Notes: generated by a model from the sequence alone, not told the origin. A DNA stretch of 64,000 bases from Marsupella aquatica (GCA_973895155.1 OZ316895.1:21402558-21466557), one strand, 5' to 3'; counted from the first letter of the stretch, positions 1 through 14,498 are shown. Numbers and translations: made by a program.

Positions 1-2980
1 TTCTATGAGATATGGTATGAAATAGAGAGAAAGTGTATAAGTGATTGAGAGATTCAAGAGCAAAGACAAAGCCAAGGATTGTATTTGAGAGTAGCACAAA
101 ATTGTGCGAGAGCCCCATGTTTCATCCAAAATTAAACCAGACATAACAGAGCTCTCCTCTAGCCAGTGAGCTATCTAGAAATTCTGATGGATTAATTGCG
201 CATTAATTTTGCTCCCAAACGACAACGAGAAGCTGCTCACAAGAACGAGTCCTGTTTCGTTTAGGTTTTGCCCGCGAGTACTTGCTCGATCGATTGATTG
301 AGGAACGCGAGCTCTGGCAGTCACGGCTCAGCTCCTACCTTGACGGAAACAGAGTCCATCAAGTAAACTATGAAGCTGTGCATTATCAATCAAAATAAAA
401 TGTACTCAACGAGAAAAGAACTGAAGGTCAGCTACGGCAGCTTACAAGAAAGTGAAAACAGCTCCAGCAAACAAACGAGTTCCAATTCTGAAACCGAGTT
501 GATGGAGAATCCGGTTGGGATGTTTATTTCCCACATAAGAACATGAATTCACACCCTGAAGAAGATTTAATTTCTCAAACTTTTGCGGCACATCCTAACA
601 TTATTTCTGGTTTTCTGTTAACATTTGTATCTCACTTTCTCCGCTACCCCATGGTCCTAATCTGCTGACATATCCATATACGTTTCAGTTTGAGGTTGTT
701 CGCGCAATTCATTGCAGCCCTGGATGGGGCCGCTGTCAAAAGAAGGACAGCGTCGTATCGTTTATCTGGAGTGGGGCCAGGGGGGGTGTTAAGAGGTGCT
801 TTTCCCAAAAGATTTCAATTGGGACAAGTGAGTTGATTGAATGAATGTGTTCACCAATCAATACCTGAGAAAGACCGATCGATCCATAAGGAAGGCATGC
901 CCGACTTAAGGAAACGCACATAGTGAAATGTGAGAATCTTTAAACTGCTGAATGGAGTCCTACACAGCTAGAGCTATCTGCTAGCTGTCAAATTAAGTCG
1001 TACAGTTCTGTGGTGAGAGGCCATGCGACAGCTTTCAAAGCCCGTTGTGCTGACTACTGCTTGCAGAATGGTGACAATACATAACCTACAAGATCTAGTT
1101 GCATCACCAGAGTCAAGGGCGAGAGCGGAGAGGAGTCTTCTTGAGTGCGCCACTTGGAGGGAAGGGAGGAATACAGGGAATGCATGATACCCAGAAGATG
1201 ATGGCCAGCATATGAAAGCTGACGCGATTGATTCACTTCCCTGCTTTCTGACCGCAAACCATGTTTAGCCTTGGTCAACGAACTCTTCTCCTCTTCTCCT
1301 CTTCAGTCGATTTTTAAGATAATCATGGAAAATCGAGTTGTTAGGTTGAGTCTGAAGGATGCATTGGTGGAGGAGTCAACAATATGTGTAGCGTACCTTG
1401 GATAGGAGTGATGTTGAAAGATATTAAACAATATTTTGTGTGGGACGAAAGAGACTCGCATTTTGTGACATTTCTGCGAGGCTTCCTTGAGCTCATCTGC
1501 GGATCAGTCAGTGAAATGGAAGACAGGACACTCAAAGCTCCACTTGAAAGGCCAGTGTTCCAGTCAAAATACGTAAAAAACGTGTTATTCCTCTGGAAAG
1601 TATTTGCGCGTTTCTGTAAAGATAGCTTGGGGAAGAGATGAATCGTAGGACTGTCAAAACCGAGTTGACAATCTCTCGGTCTAGAGAGAGTCTCCAGTGC
1701 CCTATCTTACATAGTCCGTCGCTTTGTGAGCTGACCAGCATCCACGATATGGTAGGATCGGGGTAGGATAGACTTTAGGAAAATGGTGACACGATCCTAT
1801 TGCCTCGGCTAGTGCTGTACTTGTCGGAAAAGAGTCTGGAGAGGGGACACTCACAGTCCTGTTTATTGTATAATTTGATGGTTCACGGTCTAGTGTCTGT
1901 TTCGGCATGAGCAGCTCTAAAGTTGTTTTGTTGAAGAAAGTTCTCAGAAGATCTAGAAGCTCAGCTTTGGATACTCTTTTGGGTAGCGAAACAAGGCAGA
2001 ATGAAAAGCAAAAAGATGCATGAGAAAATATGTCTCTTCCCCCGAAGGCCCCTTTCATAAACCTCAATTCAGCTGACATTTCTCGCTTTATAAAACTACA
2101 GTCGCATCAGGAAAATAAAAAAGGAAAGGAACGCAGGTCGCAGGAATTGAACGCGGTCCGACCCAGACCGATTGCAGGAAGTTGCTTTTGCTTTTGCATT
2201 GAACAGAATCGGTGATCCATTGGACGATGTGAAATTTAATTATTTACGAGCCTCTACTTTTCCTCGTCTTGGGTTTTGTGCCGCCCACGACAGCGCTTAC
2301 ACACACTCAAAACACACATACCAAGACGTACCAATTGCGCTCTCCATCCAATGAAATCGTCCACGAAGTGACTCTGATTTGAGACCCAGATGCGACAATC
2401 TTGCTAGGAGATCTCTGGCTAACTAGCTCCGGGATCAATCAAGAACTGTAGCAATAGATTGGCTTTTGTGGCTCCCAGGTCACTTACCGACAACGCTTAG
2501 GCTTGGCCCCGCTGCCTCCAATCAAATCTTGTTTTCTTACTCGGGCCATCATCTGGTTATTATCACCAGGGTCCATGTGAACCACCGTTTTGTGAAGACT
2601 AACAGTTGATAGCCTTTGTGGCTCCCAGATACCCGCCTTCGGGTGTACATTGACAAGTGAAGTAGCAACCATTGCGAGTAGTTTGCCAAATGATTTCTCC
2701 GAAGAGCCGGCTGACCGCATTGTTTGCTCATCTAAAAATTATAAGACTCAAAATTCGCAAGCTCCTTAAAGTGAACCACTACTGTAGACCACACGGGATC
2801 ATTATGGCCGAAGCACCTCTCTGCAGATGATAGGGAAAAGCAGACCTTCAAGTAAACCCAAACGTTGCATTGCGATCGAGACGACTCCTGTAGTGCTGAT
2901 TCCCTCGTTATACTGTAGAGGCCCTCAGTAATGGAATGGTGTCCGCCTACTTTTTGGACTAAGTTATTTACACAATTTCT

Positions 2981-2981
<1 letters not shown>

Positions 2982-3024
<43 letters not shown>
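2982..3024. repeat. (CT)n/(GA)n microsatellite, about 21 units
   Basis: Pure CT run read directly from the sequence. Confidence 0.97.
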
Positions 3025-3027
<3 letters not shown>

Positions 3028-6000
3028 ACTTTTGAAGTCGGCAGCTTGGCACGAGAGATTACTCACCAGTATCTGGACCCCACTAGCGTACCTACAGTAA
3101 TCAACTGTATCACGCAACACACTTTGACACGAAATGAAGAAATCCTCATAGGCATGACACAACTGTCGCTCAAGGGTAACAGCTGGGAACGTTCCATCAG
3201 CAAAGTTTGATTATATCACAGAACCCACAGAACTGCGGTCAAGGTGTGTTCCCACTACTGAGCGAGGCGGATAACAACGGCCCCTGACTTCAATCAGATT
3301 TCCTGGTCATGAGGTGGAGCGAATAGTTTAATCTGCTATAGATGAAAGATCTTGAATGAAACGCACAAATATTTTTGTACCGTCTTGTATTATTGTCCAG
3401 CAAATTCTGAGCCTGGTTCTGAGATTCATTACTGTCTGAGCTTCAGTGATTGCTGAGAAGTCACTCTCTGCCACACAATCAATTGTACAAGAGAGAGTCC
3501 AATTTTTTTTTAATTTCAGAAGCTGGTGCCCAAGCTTGTGAGGATCAGGAGAGATCTAAACCCGGCCAGAAATATAAGGTCAGAATAATTTATCTAATCA
3601 TCACTGTTCGCTTTGAAGGACGAGAGGGTTATCAATTGGTGCCTAAATAAGAGCTCGTCATGTGCGTCACTCTATACGTCAAATTCTAGAGACCGGACGA
3701 ATGGGACTGGGGAGGCATCCGGGGACGGATGATTGTCCACAAGAAAGGGATAATTTCTGAGCAAGTGTTTTTAGATCAGACTCATTGGACGCGTGGCCTG
3801 TGACTAGATTGACATCAGCTCATGAGCCACTGAAGGCCTTAATTATGTACCGGCTGGGACCTGCTTCAGTACCGTCCTTCCAATTTCGAAACCCATGACC
3901 ACTCAGAAGAGAAAATCTGATTAAGGTCTTCGAAGCGAGGACCAAAATTCCAAATCCTTGCTTCTGCAAAATTTGAAGAGCCAAGGTGGTGCTATTTTTG
4001 GGCATCGGTAGGGTAGAGTGTTGGTCCTACCGTCCTGATCGGAATCTTAATGATTTCGCCATCATCTTTAGTGCAAAATTCATTGATCTGCCTGTGACTG
4101 TAGTGAGTAATCTGGACAAAAAATTGTAAAAGGGACCACTCCATCACGGATAACAAGTATCCTCCCAAGTACACTCTTTAAGAGTACTTCCTTTGTCCAA
4201 ATAATTAGTTCCCATCAAATTTGTGTTACTCTAGTAATTATTATTGCTAGCTAGCTCTTACATAGATATGAATAAAAAAATTGCACAATAAAATTTATAT
4301 CTTATTTTGGTTACTCTTTGCTCCATCCTTGTTTTTTTTCATAATCATTTATAATTTTGACCTTATTGAATCTCATTATTAATTTTGTCTGTATTGCGAG
4401 TTAGGGTCTAGAGGCTTCACTCTAGACCTAGGCCCTTCGTAGACTTCATTTGGCGCTTTTATAGTAATTATTGCTTTGGACACTATTTGTCGACAGATAT
4501 TAGTGACTTATTGTAGCTCGGTGACACTTATTCTTACCACCCCTCAATTTTACAAAATCTGGAAAATAACACATACTAATCAGAGGCTATCATAGCAAGC
4601 CTATCAAAGGGTACCAATGCTTGGGGACCACATTAATTGTGACAAGTGTCAATTACATTTTTCTGGGTTGGGTAGGGGGTTGGGTTTGCCCTCCACTCTT
4701 TGAATGAAAAAAACCTGCCAAACACTTGCAAAAATGGCTTAGGCTAGCAGAAACTGTGTTTCTATTATGAAGTAAACAGAAACTAAATATTAGAGTTCAT
4801 TGTCATTGCTTTGTCTCCCCAAGTAGGCAGAATGCAGAGTGATCGATGGCATTTTGATACATCAAGATGAACAAGGATTTTGATGTCATTAAAAAGCAAA
4901 AATGACAAACTAATGTTGAGAATAATGAAAAGGTGAAACTAAGAAAATAAGAGCAACATAAACATAATATCTAATAGCCCTTACAAAACCCTCAACATCT
5001 TACACCCATCTTCACCCACACTTCAAAAGCTTGATAATGGTATCATACAACTTCCTCTCAGGCCTTCTGCCCTGCCTTCTAGTCAAGGGCAGATAAAATA
5101 TGCCCTAGCTACATCTCACTTTCTTTACCTTGCCCAAGCCTCATTTGCTGAAACACAATTGTCGGGGACAAACATCCAATTTGGTGAATGAAACCTCTTA
5201 CATTGTTTTTTTTTTCAAGGAAACCTCGATCAGTGCAACTGGCTACACATAAACATTTGTTTCTTTTCATGCACATAACCTTATCAGAGCCCAAAAATTT
5301 GGCTCCCTGACCCTTCTCATCAGGAAGGCATTTCACCCTGGTGATCAATAAAAATGGTAGGTTGAAGGAAGAAGACAAGACTTGATTAAGAAAACCTCTA
5401 TATAGCTATTCTCTGAGAGTTTTATAATCTTTGACTGTCTGATGCCACTTGCAAGTTGCATGCCGCCTAGATCCACCCACATGCCCAGGCCAACTTAAAC
5501 CACAAGTTCCCATATAATATATCCAATATAACCTATACTACTAAGTTTATTTTACATATAATTAGTATAATAATAGTATAAATTCTTGTTTTTGTGAATT
5601 GTTTAGTGTCATCTCATTAGTTCACTATGGGGGGCGATCTTCTCCGGCTCCAATCGTACTCAAAGCTCCCCCCATCTAAAATGCATGGTCCCGGTAACTA
5701 CACGTCAAAATATGACATACATGGTGTACTACATCACTCTACCATGATAGTTCTTTGAATCAGTGAGTGCACACCATATATTACCACATTTTGATGTGCG
5801 AGTCCGGGGTGGGCAAATGCATCCATATTTTCTAAGAAGAAAAAATCCCCAAAATATGTTCCAATTACCAAAAGTGACTGGGAGAGAATCCAAGATTAGG
5901 TGACTGGACACCTGGGCGAACCAACGGTGGCCAGTCAAGGGCAGGGTTTAATTAAAGGGGCAAAGAGTGAAGAATGGTGTGCGTGGACTCAATTCACCTC

Positions 6001-7221
6001 CCAGCTCTGCTAGTTAGGCACACCCCACACCCACAACGCCGTATATCATGGCCTGCAAAGGAGGTATATCTGGCAACGGAGCCTCGCCTGCACATGAACA
6101 AATCATTATTTTACTGTAAATATTTGTTTGCGAACCGGCTCGAATCTCTGATCGTAATACTCAGATTCTCGACCGGCCATCTCTCTGTCTCGATCTCTTT
6201 GTTTCTTGTCCTATGGTCCGGACTCCCAGCATCATTGAGTCCCGAGAGAAAGCGCCTCTTCATCTTTGTGCCATGTGAGGGACACAAACCCAGACAAACC
6301 CCAGTGCAGGATGATGGATAGAGTGTCTCCACGATCGATTGTGGGAACACTTTCCATGGCAGGACAGAATGAATGATTCGGAACAACAAACTGGGTTGGG
6401 AGACTTTGCCACTCACATGCTTGGAGAAGCATGTTCAGTAGTTGAATAGTTGAATGCATGCCAGGAAGAAAGCGGCTAGTCGCGTGCATGTCCAGGAGCT
6501 TCAGTGTGTGTAGCCATTTCTCCACGTTAACGAGCTCAAGTTCAGCTGAATGCATTCATGATGGTTTGTAGAGCCAACATGGGAGGTAAGATTACCTGTG
6601 TGAGTGGATGTATCACGGTTTGGCTGATCGTGCTAGACAAGACGTGCGTGGTATATATGTTCATACCAAGCTAGATCTATCAGTCTCCGTGATCGACTCA
6701 GTGGCTGTGTGTGTCAATATTTTATTATCAGCATGATTGCCAGCACAGGAGACCCACTCACGTACAGATACAGGTCGATTTCGCTTGCCTAGCTCGATTG
6801 TTGGACTTCGTGCTGTAGGTAAACGAATGAACGAACGGTCTCATGGCATGGTTGTGCTCTCGATTTCGTTGCCATGATTCAATCTTGAAAGAACTAACTT
6901 AGTTGTTAGTTGTTAAGGTAATCAAACTAGCCCTCAGCAAATCACTTCGCGCCATTGATATCGGTGAAATGATTATGATCCTTGTGCATTAGCAACCTCA
7001 CCCACAACTGTTTGTGTTCATGCTGTGTGTCGGGGTCTCCACTATTCAAAATATACGCCATTCGCAAGAACTGATATCTGAAGGACAGTAGAAACGAAAT
7101 ATCCAAACGAGATTCGGTCAATACTCCACCAACTTCACCTAATCTCAGGACATTAGCCATCGTGCAGGGCGTGTGTAAGAGTTTCTGAATAAAGCGTGGT
7201 TGGGCTGAGCACAGCTCAGAG

Positions 7222-7363
7222 AGATTCAAGAACTGGATTTCAAAATCAGGATACCCAGCTCAGAATTTTGTGCTTCGATCGAGGTATAAGGTCAGATTCA
7301 AGAACTGGATTTCAAAATCAGGATACCCCGCTCAGAATTGTGCACTTCGGTCGAGATATAAGG
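7222..7363. repeat. 72-bp tandem duplication (2 copies)
   Basis: AGATTCAAGAACTGGATTTCAAAATCAGGATACCC... starts at 7222 and again at 7294. Confidence 0.9.
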
Positions 7364-9363
7364 CTACAAGATGCTAGACGGCCAAATGAAAGCTTAGATG
7401 ATCGAAGAAGCTAATAAAGCAAGTAAACCCCAAAAATTTAGCTACCCTGCACGTGTGCAGTACTGTCGAGAAAATTGTGAAGTCTGTCGACTGACTCACA
7501 AGTACTTTCATTTTGGATGCTGCATTCCAGCTTGCAACCTCGGGTTAGAATGAATCCACGGCTGTCGGAGTGGAGAGGGCAGGATATCCAAATGAAAGTT
7601 TCGGCGAATACTATAGCAATGAAGCTAAAGATGGAAAAACATTACTGTGCTCATGTACGTGCCGAAGCTTTCAAATTACAACTGGTTGAGACAAACGGCG
7701 TACGACGACTGATCCTTGATTCGGGAAACCCAGCTAAGTAAATAATACTGCAGACTTACGTCACGGCTAGAGATTACAAGATGTCCAGATAAAAGCTTAG
7801 GTGAAGGCGAGACTAACTTGCAGACCACATAACAGGCAAGGCACGGCAATTAAAAACAGACAAACGGCTTTCGATCTAGGTAATTAGAACTGGTCTAATC
7901 GTCCATCGATCGTTCGGGGAAGAAAACTGCAACTGTCAAGCTGCTTCACAACGCGACAGGAGATGTTCGTATATTTCGACTTGGCGATGTACACACGTGA
8001 TCATCGTCCTTCATTCACACAGTACTGCTCTGGATGTCAAGGCACAAACCCTCCACTGTATTCAACCAATCCATATCAATAGAGCCATCTCAAAATGTCC
8101 CACACATTCATGCGTCAGATCTCCATCTCTCGATTTCCACAATGGATGTGCGAGGCCATACCCTTCGCATACTCCCGGAGAATCGAATTGATCTGTGGTG
8201 AAAGTTTACTGCCATACAAGAATTTCGAAAATCTCTTGGACACAAGCCGGTCTGGCCAACTCAAAGCTCAGGACATGTCACAATAATAGATAATACTTAA
8301 TATGGAACCGGAAGATTGGGCGCTTGCATGTGTATGACACATTCTACAACATTCTCTTTGTTGAACATCAACGCCACAAGTTCTGAGAGTTGGAAGGCAG
8401 TGATGATGTACAAGATCATACAACCACACATATACCATCCGCCTCTACTACCTCGGGCTCAAAATTTTGGAAAATCTGCAGCAGAGCCCCTAGATCTACT
8501 CTGTACACTGCTACCACTATTTGAAAACTTAAACCATAGAAGAAAAACTCGGGAAGAGAGCCCTACAAGTTAGTAAGTCGGATTCACGACTTTCTCAATC
8601 AGCTCTTCCACAACGTGCTGGCCATCGAAATTCTTGTCCTCGAGGAACCAAGTCTGAATGTCCCCCGAACTGTTGCAACGTCGTACGTGCAAGGGTAACC
8701 ACTCCTACGGTAGATTTTTACACGGATCAATCCTGATAGAGCGGACGGTGGACGAGCTGTTGTGAATCCAAGAGTCAAGAGGTATGGCTACCTAAGACCA
8801 CCTAATTCCGTGAACAGCCTTTGAGCAAATCCTGTCTGTAAAGGTCTGATCGTGACCGTCTGACTCGGGAAAAACGAGTCTCGAAAAGGTTTAATGACTG
8901 AGCCTCGAAAAGCTGCAAGTGGATCTCCAGAAATTTTATTCTGCTCGGCGTTTCGCCTCGAAGGAAAAGCCTCCTGGAAAAGCCATCGTTATTGGGCTCG
9001 ATAGCATGGTACCCGCCTTCTCTGAGCCATGCACGCCATCAAGGGTACCAGGTAGCTTCGAAATGAATTTGCGTGCTAGGGTATACATCGTGAAGAGTTT
9101 CTACAGTTAATGTCTGTGTCTCTGCACTGGTTCATCGAAGGGTACGTTCGGTCTCCGGTCGTCCAAGAGAAAATGGCTTCGCCAGCTATTTCTGGAAACC
9201 TCAGACAATCAATCTTCAGAGGCACGCAAAGGGTCCCATCCATACCGTTGTTTCTCGATCTGATTAACTAGTCCCGACGGAGAAGATCGTTCAAACTCCG
9301 TATTTCAACTCAATCTCAGACTTCATAACTAGCCAATGAGCCATTGACGTAAGCGTATCCGAA

Positions 9364-11879
9364 TCACATCACGGCGTTGCTCTCGAGATAAGAGCCAGAC
9401 GACGACCAGCCAAAGAGGTTGTAGGGATCCACATTGTCCATTCCCATATGCCCAGACTCGTCGTCAGATCGATCTTCGACTAGTCCTGGTCTTCCGAACA
9501 TGAAATTCGTGTCCGGCAGCTCTCCTAACTCGGCGAAGAAATCATCATCCTGAATATTCATACTCGACCGACTGGTCAGATGCAAACTTCCATGGTGCAC
9601 CATCATCTCCTGGTCAAGATCCTTTTCAGACTCGAACACGAAAGGCTCTGAATTGTCTGCAACCTGATCCTCAGTCACCATGGCTGTTGGTGACATCACT
9701 GTGGCCTGCTCTGATTCTTCACCAGCTCCATTGAAATCCGGCGAGTTCACAGGCGACTCGACAACACGGCTTGGAGCGCCGGCTTCTCCTGCATCTGCTG
9801 CGTCTGCAGCTTCTTCGGTTTTGTCCAGTTCTTGGGTTACAGTAGACCCTCCTTTGTCTAGCGAGGTCATCCTGGTGGAACCGGCCAACGCGTTTCGATG
9901 AGAAGGCCATGGATGGTTGTGCTCCGCTGTATATGTTATTATAAGCATCGAGGGATCTGTGCGACTGCGCTCCACTTGCTTTCTAGCAGAGCATCCCTTT
10001 GAGCTGCTGCATCTGTAGTAGCCCCTGATCAAGCGAACAAAGGACACATAACATGCAGTACCACCTCAGTAACGCTTCTCGTAAATGGTAGTCTTACTGT
10101 CGACACACATGTCAACTTAAAACGCGAATGTTTGCAGAACTACAACCACATGCTACTAAAGAACTGTGCATGGCAGCAGCTAAACGATACATCTCCCGAA
10201 ACGATATGACTGGAATCGACTTGTAAAGTTTTGAAACTCTCATGCCTACCACACACACAATTGTTCCATTCCTATTTCTATTCAACTAAAGTCCACCTAT
10301 CACTTAAGTTGCAAGCAACCCTATGTGAGTACTTAGTCAAGGAGCCAACCAACCAATGATTGAACCACATGCCCACCTTGGAAACGGGGAACCTTTGATG
10401 GGCTTCTGCCCGTATTTTCGCCATGCCCACAAGTCGGACGGCAGGCCTTCGCTGGAGGGCCTCCCGCTAGCGGCTACTGGGACACACACGATTCTCTTCT
10501 GCTGATGCTTCCTGCAGATATAATACATGCATGCATGACATTGGGTCAGTCATAAAGCACGACTTTTAACGAGACGTAACGCTTCAGAGTTTCGGAAGTC
10601 AATACTATTGCAGCACACAGTCTCCCTACTCTAACCTAGCCCTGGTTGGTCAGATGATTTTCTGACACTGGTTGAGAACAATTGTATGTTTGTAGTGCCA
10701 TGTCAGAAGGACCAACGCAAGGACCAAAACAGATCGGATTATCGGAAGGCAGCTAAGGTGGGACGCTGTCGTAAAGTTGCCCATGGTCCCGGGACTTCAA
10801 ACTAGCGCAATAGTCATTTCCCCATGCGAACAGACTCTGGACAGACCAGATGAACTAGAGCGGCGGAAGTTGCCCCATCCGAAACTTTCGCCATTTGAAA
10901 TTAGCTTCAATTGCTCCTCTCAAAAACGGGGTGGATTTGGATGCTTGGTGATCATATTGTCTCCAGATTTTACTGACCTGCGCTTGGGGCCTTTCGAGCC
11001 TCCAGGACTAAACTGGTCGTCTGCCGATGACTCTTCTACTTTCACGTTCAGCGAGTGCTCGATTTTCTTCACTGGACCTATGGGAGTCACATGAGTAGGC
11101 TCGTCTCTCCCAGGGGACGACTGTCGAGAGCTTGAAACGTGCTCAGAGCTCGTCGACTCAGCTCCACATTGACTGGCGGTCGTCGACCTCTGGGTGAACG
11201 AGGAAGAATTGGACCCACCCTGGAAGAAATCCTCTTTAATGTTGTCTTGAGATATGGTGCCTGCCGGTCGCCCTCCTCCTTCCATCAAGCTGGCACCGAG
11301 CGCTCGTGAACGCAGGCGGGTCCTGTTCAGAGCATGCATGTCAGCAGCAACCATTAAGTCCTTCCGTTCCAACTGTGCGCCAGCAGCTGCGTGAGAAAGC
11401 TGATCGCGCCGCTGCATATTGCGAGACAGGACTTCGGGAATCCGCTCCACAGTTGATGCAGCGGCATCCGTTTTTGAGGTGAAACTGTTAAAGGACTTTC
11501 GAGGGGAGTCCATGGCGCTCGGTCCCGGAGGCGAATAGTAAGACGATGGCGCAGTTTTGTTGTAGGTGAACGACTGCTGGCACACATCGGCCAGCGTTTC
11601 CTCCCCACGAAACTTGGTAAGGTCGTTCAGCAGGAGGGACGAGTTGCATTGCAGCACTGATGAGGGTGACGACGAGCCGGAGGTGAAACTACAGCTCCCC
11701 GACTCGACCGCCAGTTTGTTCATATTCTGACGCCTGTGTAAATCCATCTCTATCATGTCGAGAAGATAGATATTATTCGGTGATCCTGCTGTGCCCCCGG
11801 CCGTCGTCATGGTCAGCCCGCTCGTGATACTCGTCCCTGCTCGAACCACTGCACTCAAGTCTCCATCAGAGTGCTCCAT
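9364..11879 (-). CDS. WRKY: WRKY transcription factor, group IIe-like, single WRKY domain with C2H2 finger (about 565 aa)
   Basis: Exons complement(10978..11879, 10377..10511, 9364..10024), all GT-AG and in frame. The spliced protein has [16 protein letters not shown]|[37 protein letters not shown], with the conserved R-type intron after PR. The N-terminal DLSAVVR motif is typical of group IIe. In-frame upstream ATGs (to 11909) are possible alternative starts. Confidence 0.93.
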
Positions 11880-12150
11880 ACCTGCTGAGAGCATTTCCCC
11901 GAGACGCATTGACGCGCTTGTTATCTGGTCGATGAGTCAAGAAGAGCTCTTCGTCGATGCCAACTATGTTCCCAAGTCCGGCGGCAACGCCAAATCCGCA
12001 TGCATGTCCTTGAGCGAATCGTGAGGAAATGGAAATTGAACTAGAGGCTCGCTTTCCTTTCGTCCCGGATAAGAACCTCACGAGTTCCCTGAGCATGAAT
12101 GGACTGGAGCCGCTGGCCACCCTGATCCCATCACTAGATCATGCTCTTTC

Positions 12151-12655
12151 CTGGTAAGTAAAAAGCCTTGCCTGTGCCACGAGACGAGTCACCGCATCGG
12201 CTGTGCATGGGTATCCTGCCATGAAGACTTATCAGAAGGATCGAGATCTTCAATTTCCTGCCTACATCGACGATGTGATGTGGTCTCTAGGAAACAACAG
12301 TTTGCTCGGGATGGCCAACCTGTCTTGTTACTTGGAGAAGGTGGATCGAGGAATACGATCCCCGAACAAACATTTCCTGTCCTTGATCGAGCTGTGTATA
12401 TACCTGACCTGAGCCAGTATTTGTACGCGACTCCGAGAAGAAGACGAGCCTTCCCTACTTCCTTCCAATCTCGTATTTGTATGCAATATGATCCTATCCT
12501 TGCTTCTGTCCGAGAGGTTGACCACAGAATTGCTTTCGATTCCAGCACAAGTTGGGTAAGGTGCTGTATGTCTCCTTTCCTTGCCACCTAGAAGCTCTCG
12601 CTCGATTAAGTCAACTGCAGCTCCAACACCCAGAACCCCTCACCGAGCCACTTAC
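12151..12655 (-). other. Putative 5'UTR intron of the WRKY gene
   Basis: Strong donor GAAG|GTAAGT at 12655 and acceptor TTTTTACTTACCAG| at 12151 on the minus strand. Alternative AG acceptors lie near 12172 and 12122. Confidence 0.55.
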
Positions 12656-13759
12656 CTTCCAAAATATCATACCAATCCCTCGAAACCTTTTGCGGCGTAA
12701 GATCAGTTTGCATCAGTTTCACTCCTGAAGTAGAGCCACGATCAGATCAGATTCACAGGCTCGGGTAGTATGGACTTGTAGATGGATCCAGCCAGGCAAG
12801 AAAATCTCTCGACGAGAAAGCCTTCGTTGCTCGCTCGATCTGATAGAAAGAAGAACGAGATCGAACAACTCTGGAATCCTGCCCAGACGCCCTAGTTCCT
12901 TCGGCCGCGAGCAAAAGAGAAGGAAACGCCGTCGAAGAAGGTATGATGGGCACTACTAGGAGAGGGGGAGCGGTCGACTCAGCCAAGACTGTACTGTCTG
13001 TCGGAGATGGGGGAGCGTCGATTCGCTTGGAAACCCCAACTCAAATAGCGATGAGAACCTAGGAAGCGCGTAGAGCACGAAAGACAAGACGGAAAGAGAC
13101 CTACCAGAGGACGAAGGCAACGCAAGGGAGAGACGAGAGGAAGGAGACGAGAGAAGAGGGAAGAGAAGAAGAATCTGATCGGTGTACAGCCGGCGCAGAT
13201 CACAGACGATACTCTCGGAACTCCCCTTTCTCTCCCAGTTTCCAGACAGGAGGAGAACACGGCCCGCGATGCAGACACTAATGTGCTCGTCGATGGACGA
13301 TGGTAGGTAGGCACGAATGGGGACCCTTTGCTGACTGAAGTCAGCTTGGGAAGAGAGAGAAGCTAGGGATGGAGCCCTCAGCTCGCGTAGCTGGGACGGA
13401 TCCAGTTCGACACCCACGAAGCCATGAAGGTTGCCTGGAAGTCAGCTGGAACCTACGCCGCTACGGTAGGAAGGAAGCACCACCACCTCCACATTCATAG
13501 CCTGCAGCAGCTCAGCTAGCAGCTATCTAGCTAGGAGCTATCATTCTCCTCCCTCGGCACTCGGCAATCTCTTTAGTCTCGACACTGCTACTCCTGTGCA
13601 GACGAATTCGATTCCGTATGCCGACGAAGAATCAGGCCAGAAGTCAGCTCCGAAGCTCCCCTCAGATGAATCGAGGGAAGCAGGGCGGAAAGGACGGGCA
13701 AAAGGGAGGGAAGGCAGGCAGGTCCCCAGGGCAGGAAGCGTCCGAGCGAGTGCGAGTGC

Positions 13760-14045
13760 GAGAGAGAGCCCCACAGACTAGACCCACACACTGTTGCCAC
13801 ACAACAGTGCCTTCCACACCATCATCCAGCGCCGCACCCACCGGCCTCCAAGCCAATCCCACCCAACCCAGCAGCCCAGCCGAGCAAGCGGCGGGCCCAG
13901 CGCGAGTCCAAAGTCAGAGAAAGTCAATTGCAATAAGCTAATCACAATCCAACTCCTTTAATTTGTCCGTGCCGTGCTGCTGCTCATCACCTCATCAATA
14001 AATTGACGATCTATCCAAGCCTCATGGAAGCCGGAGTCAATCTGC
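13760..14045 (-). promoter_or_regulatory. Putative WRKY core promoter with W-boxes
   Basis: A pyrimidine-rich (Y-patch-like) leader begins near 13790 on the minus strand. TTGACT W-boxes at 13922-13927 and 14035-14040, and TTGACG at 14003-14008. The TSS is inferred only. Confidence 0.4.
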
Positions 14046-14444
14046 CAGAGCGAGCCCAGAAGCAGCCACCCTCCATCAATCCAATCCCTCCATGTCCAGA
14101 AAACGAGGTAGAGGACTTTCAGATCACACGAAACCACGCCATTCGAATGAAAGCTTCTTCAATAAATGAAATCCTCCAAAGCAAAAAACTGGTAGTTGCT
14201 CAGTATCAGACCTTCCTTCCTTTCCAGAATTATTATATACTCCAACCTCTTTTCCACTGACAAGCCTCCGAAAGTCACGAACAGCCCAGTCTAGTCTATA
14301 GTCTAGTCTAGTATAGTCTAGTCTGACTGACGGTCGGATCATAAAACCTCGTGATTGAGCGATGAGTGAGTGAGCTCAAGCGAGAAAATAATAATGGATG
14401 ATGAGCTTTGTAAGAATGCAGCACAGTGCCACAGTAGCACAGCA

Positions 14445-14498
14445 GCAATGAGACGAAGAAGAAAGCAATGAGACGAAGAAGAAAGCAATGAGACGAAG
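14445..14498. repeat. 20-bp tandem repeat (GCAATGAGACGAAGAAGAAA, about 2.7 copies)
   Basis: Read directly. Confidence 0.85.

Noticed and set aside
3042-3054. CAGCTTGGCACGA, complementary to the 5' part of bryophyte miR536 as I recall its sequence
   Set aside because: Only 13 nt match and the 3' half does not pair. There is no precursor hairpin and no identified transcript, so it is compatible with chance.
1-9300. Many 60-125 aa ORFs and small 8-9 bp hairpins (for example 4405-4428, 6219-6244, 6415-6433)
   Set aside because: No domain similarity, consistent exon chain or miRNA-length stem. Treated as intergenic or UTR sequence, although an unrecognised leader or lncRNA cannot be excluded.
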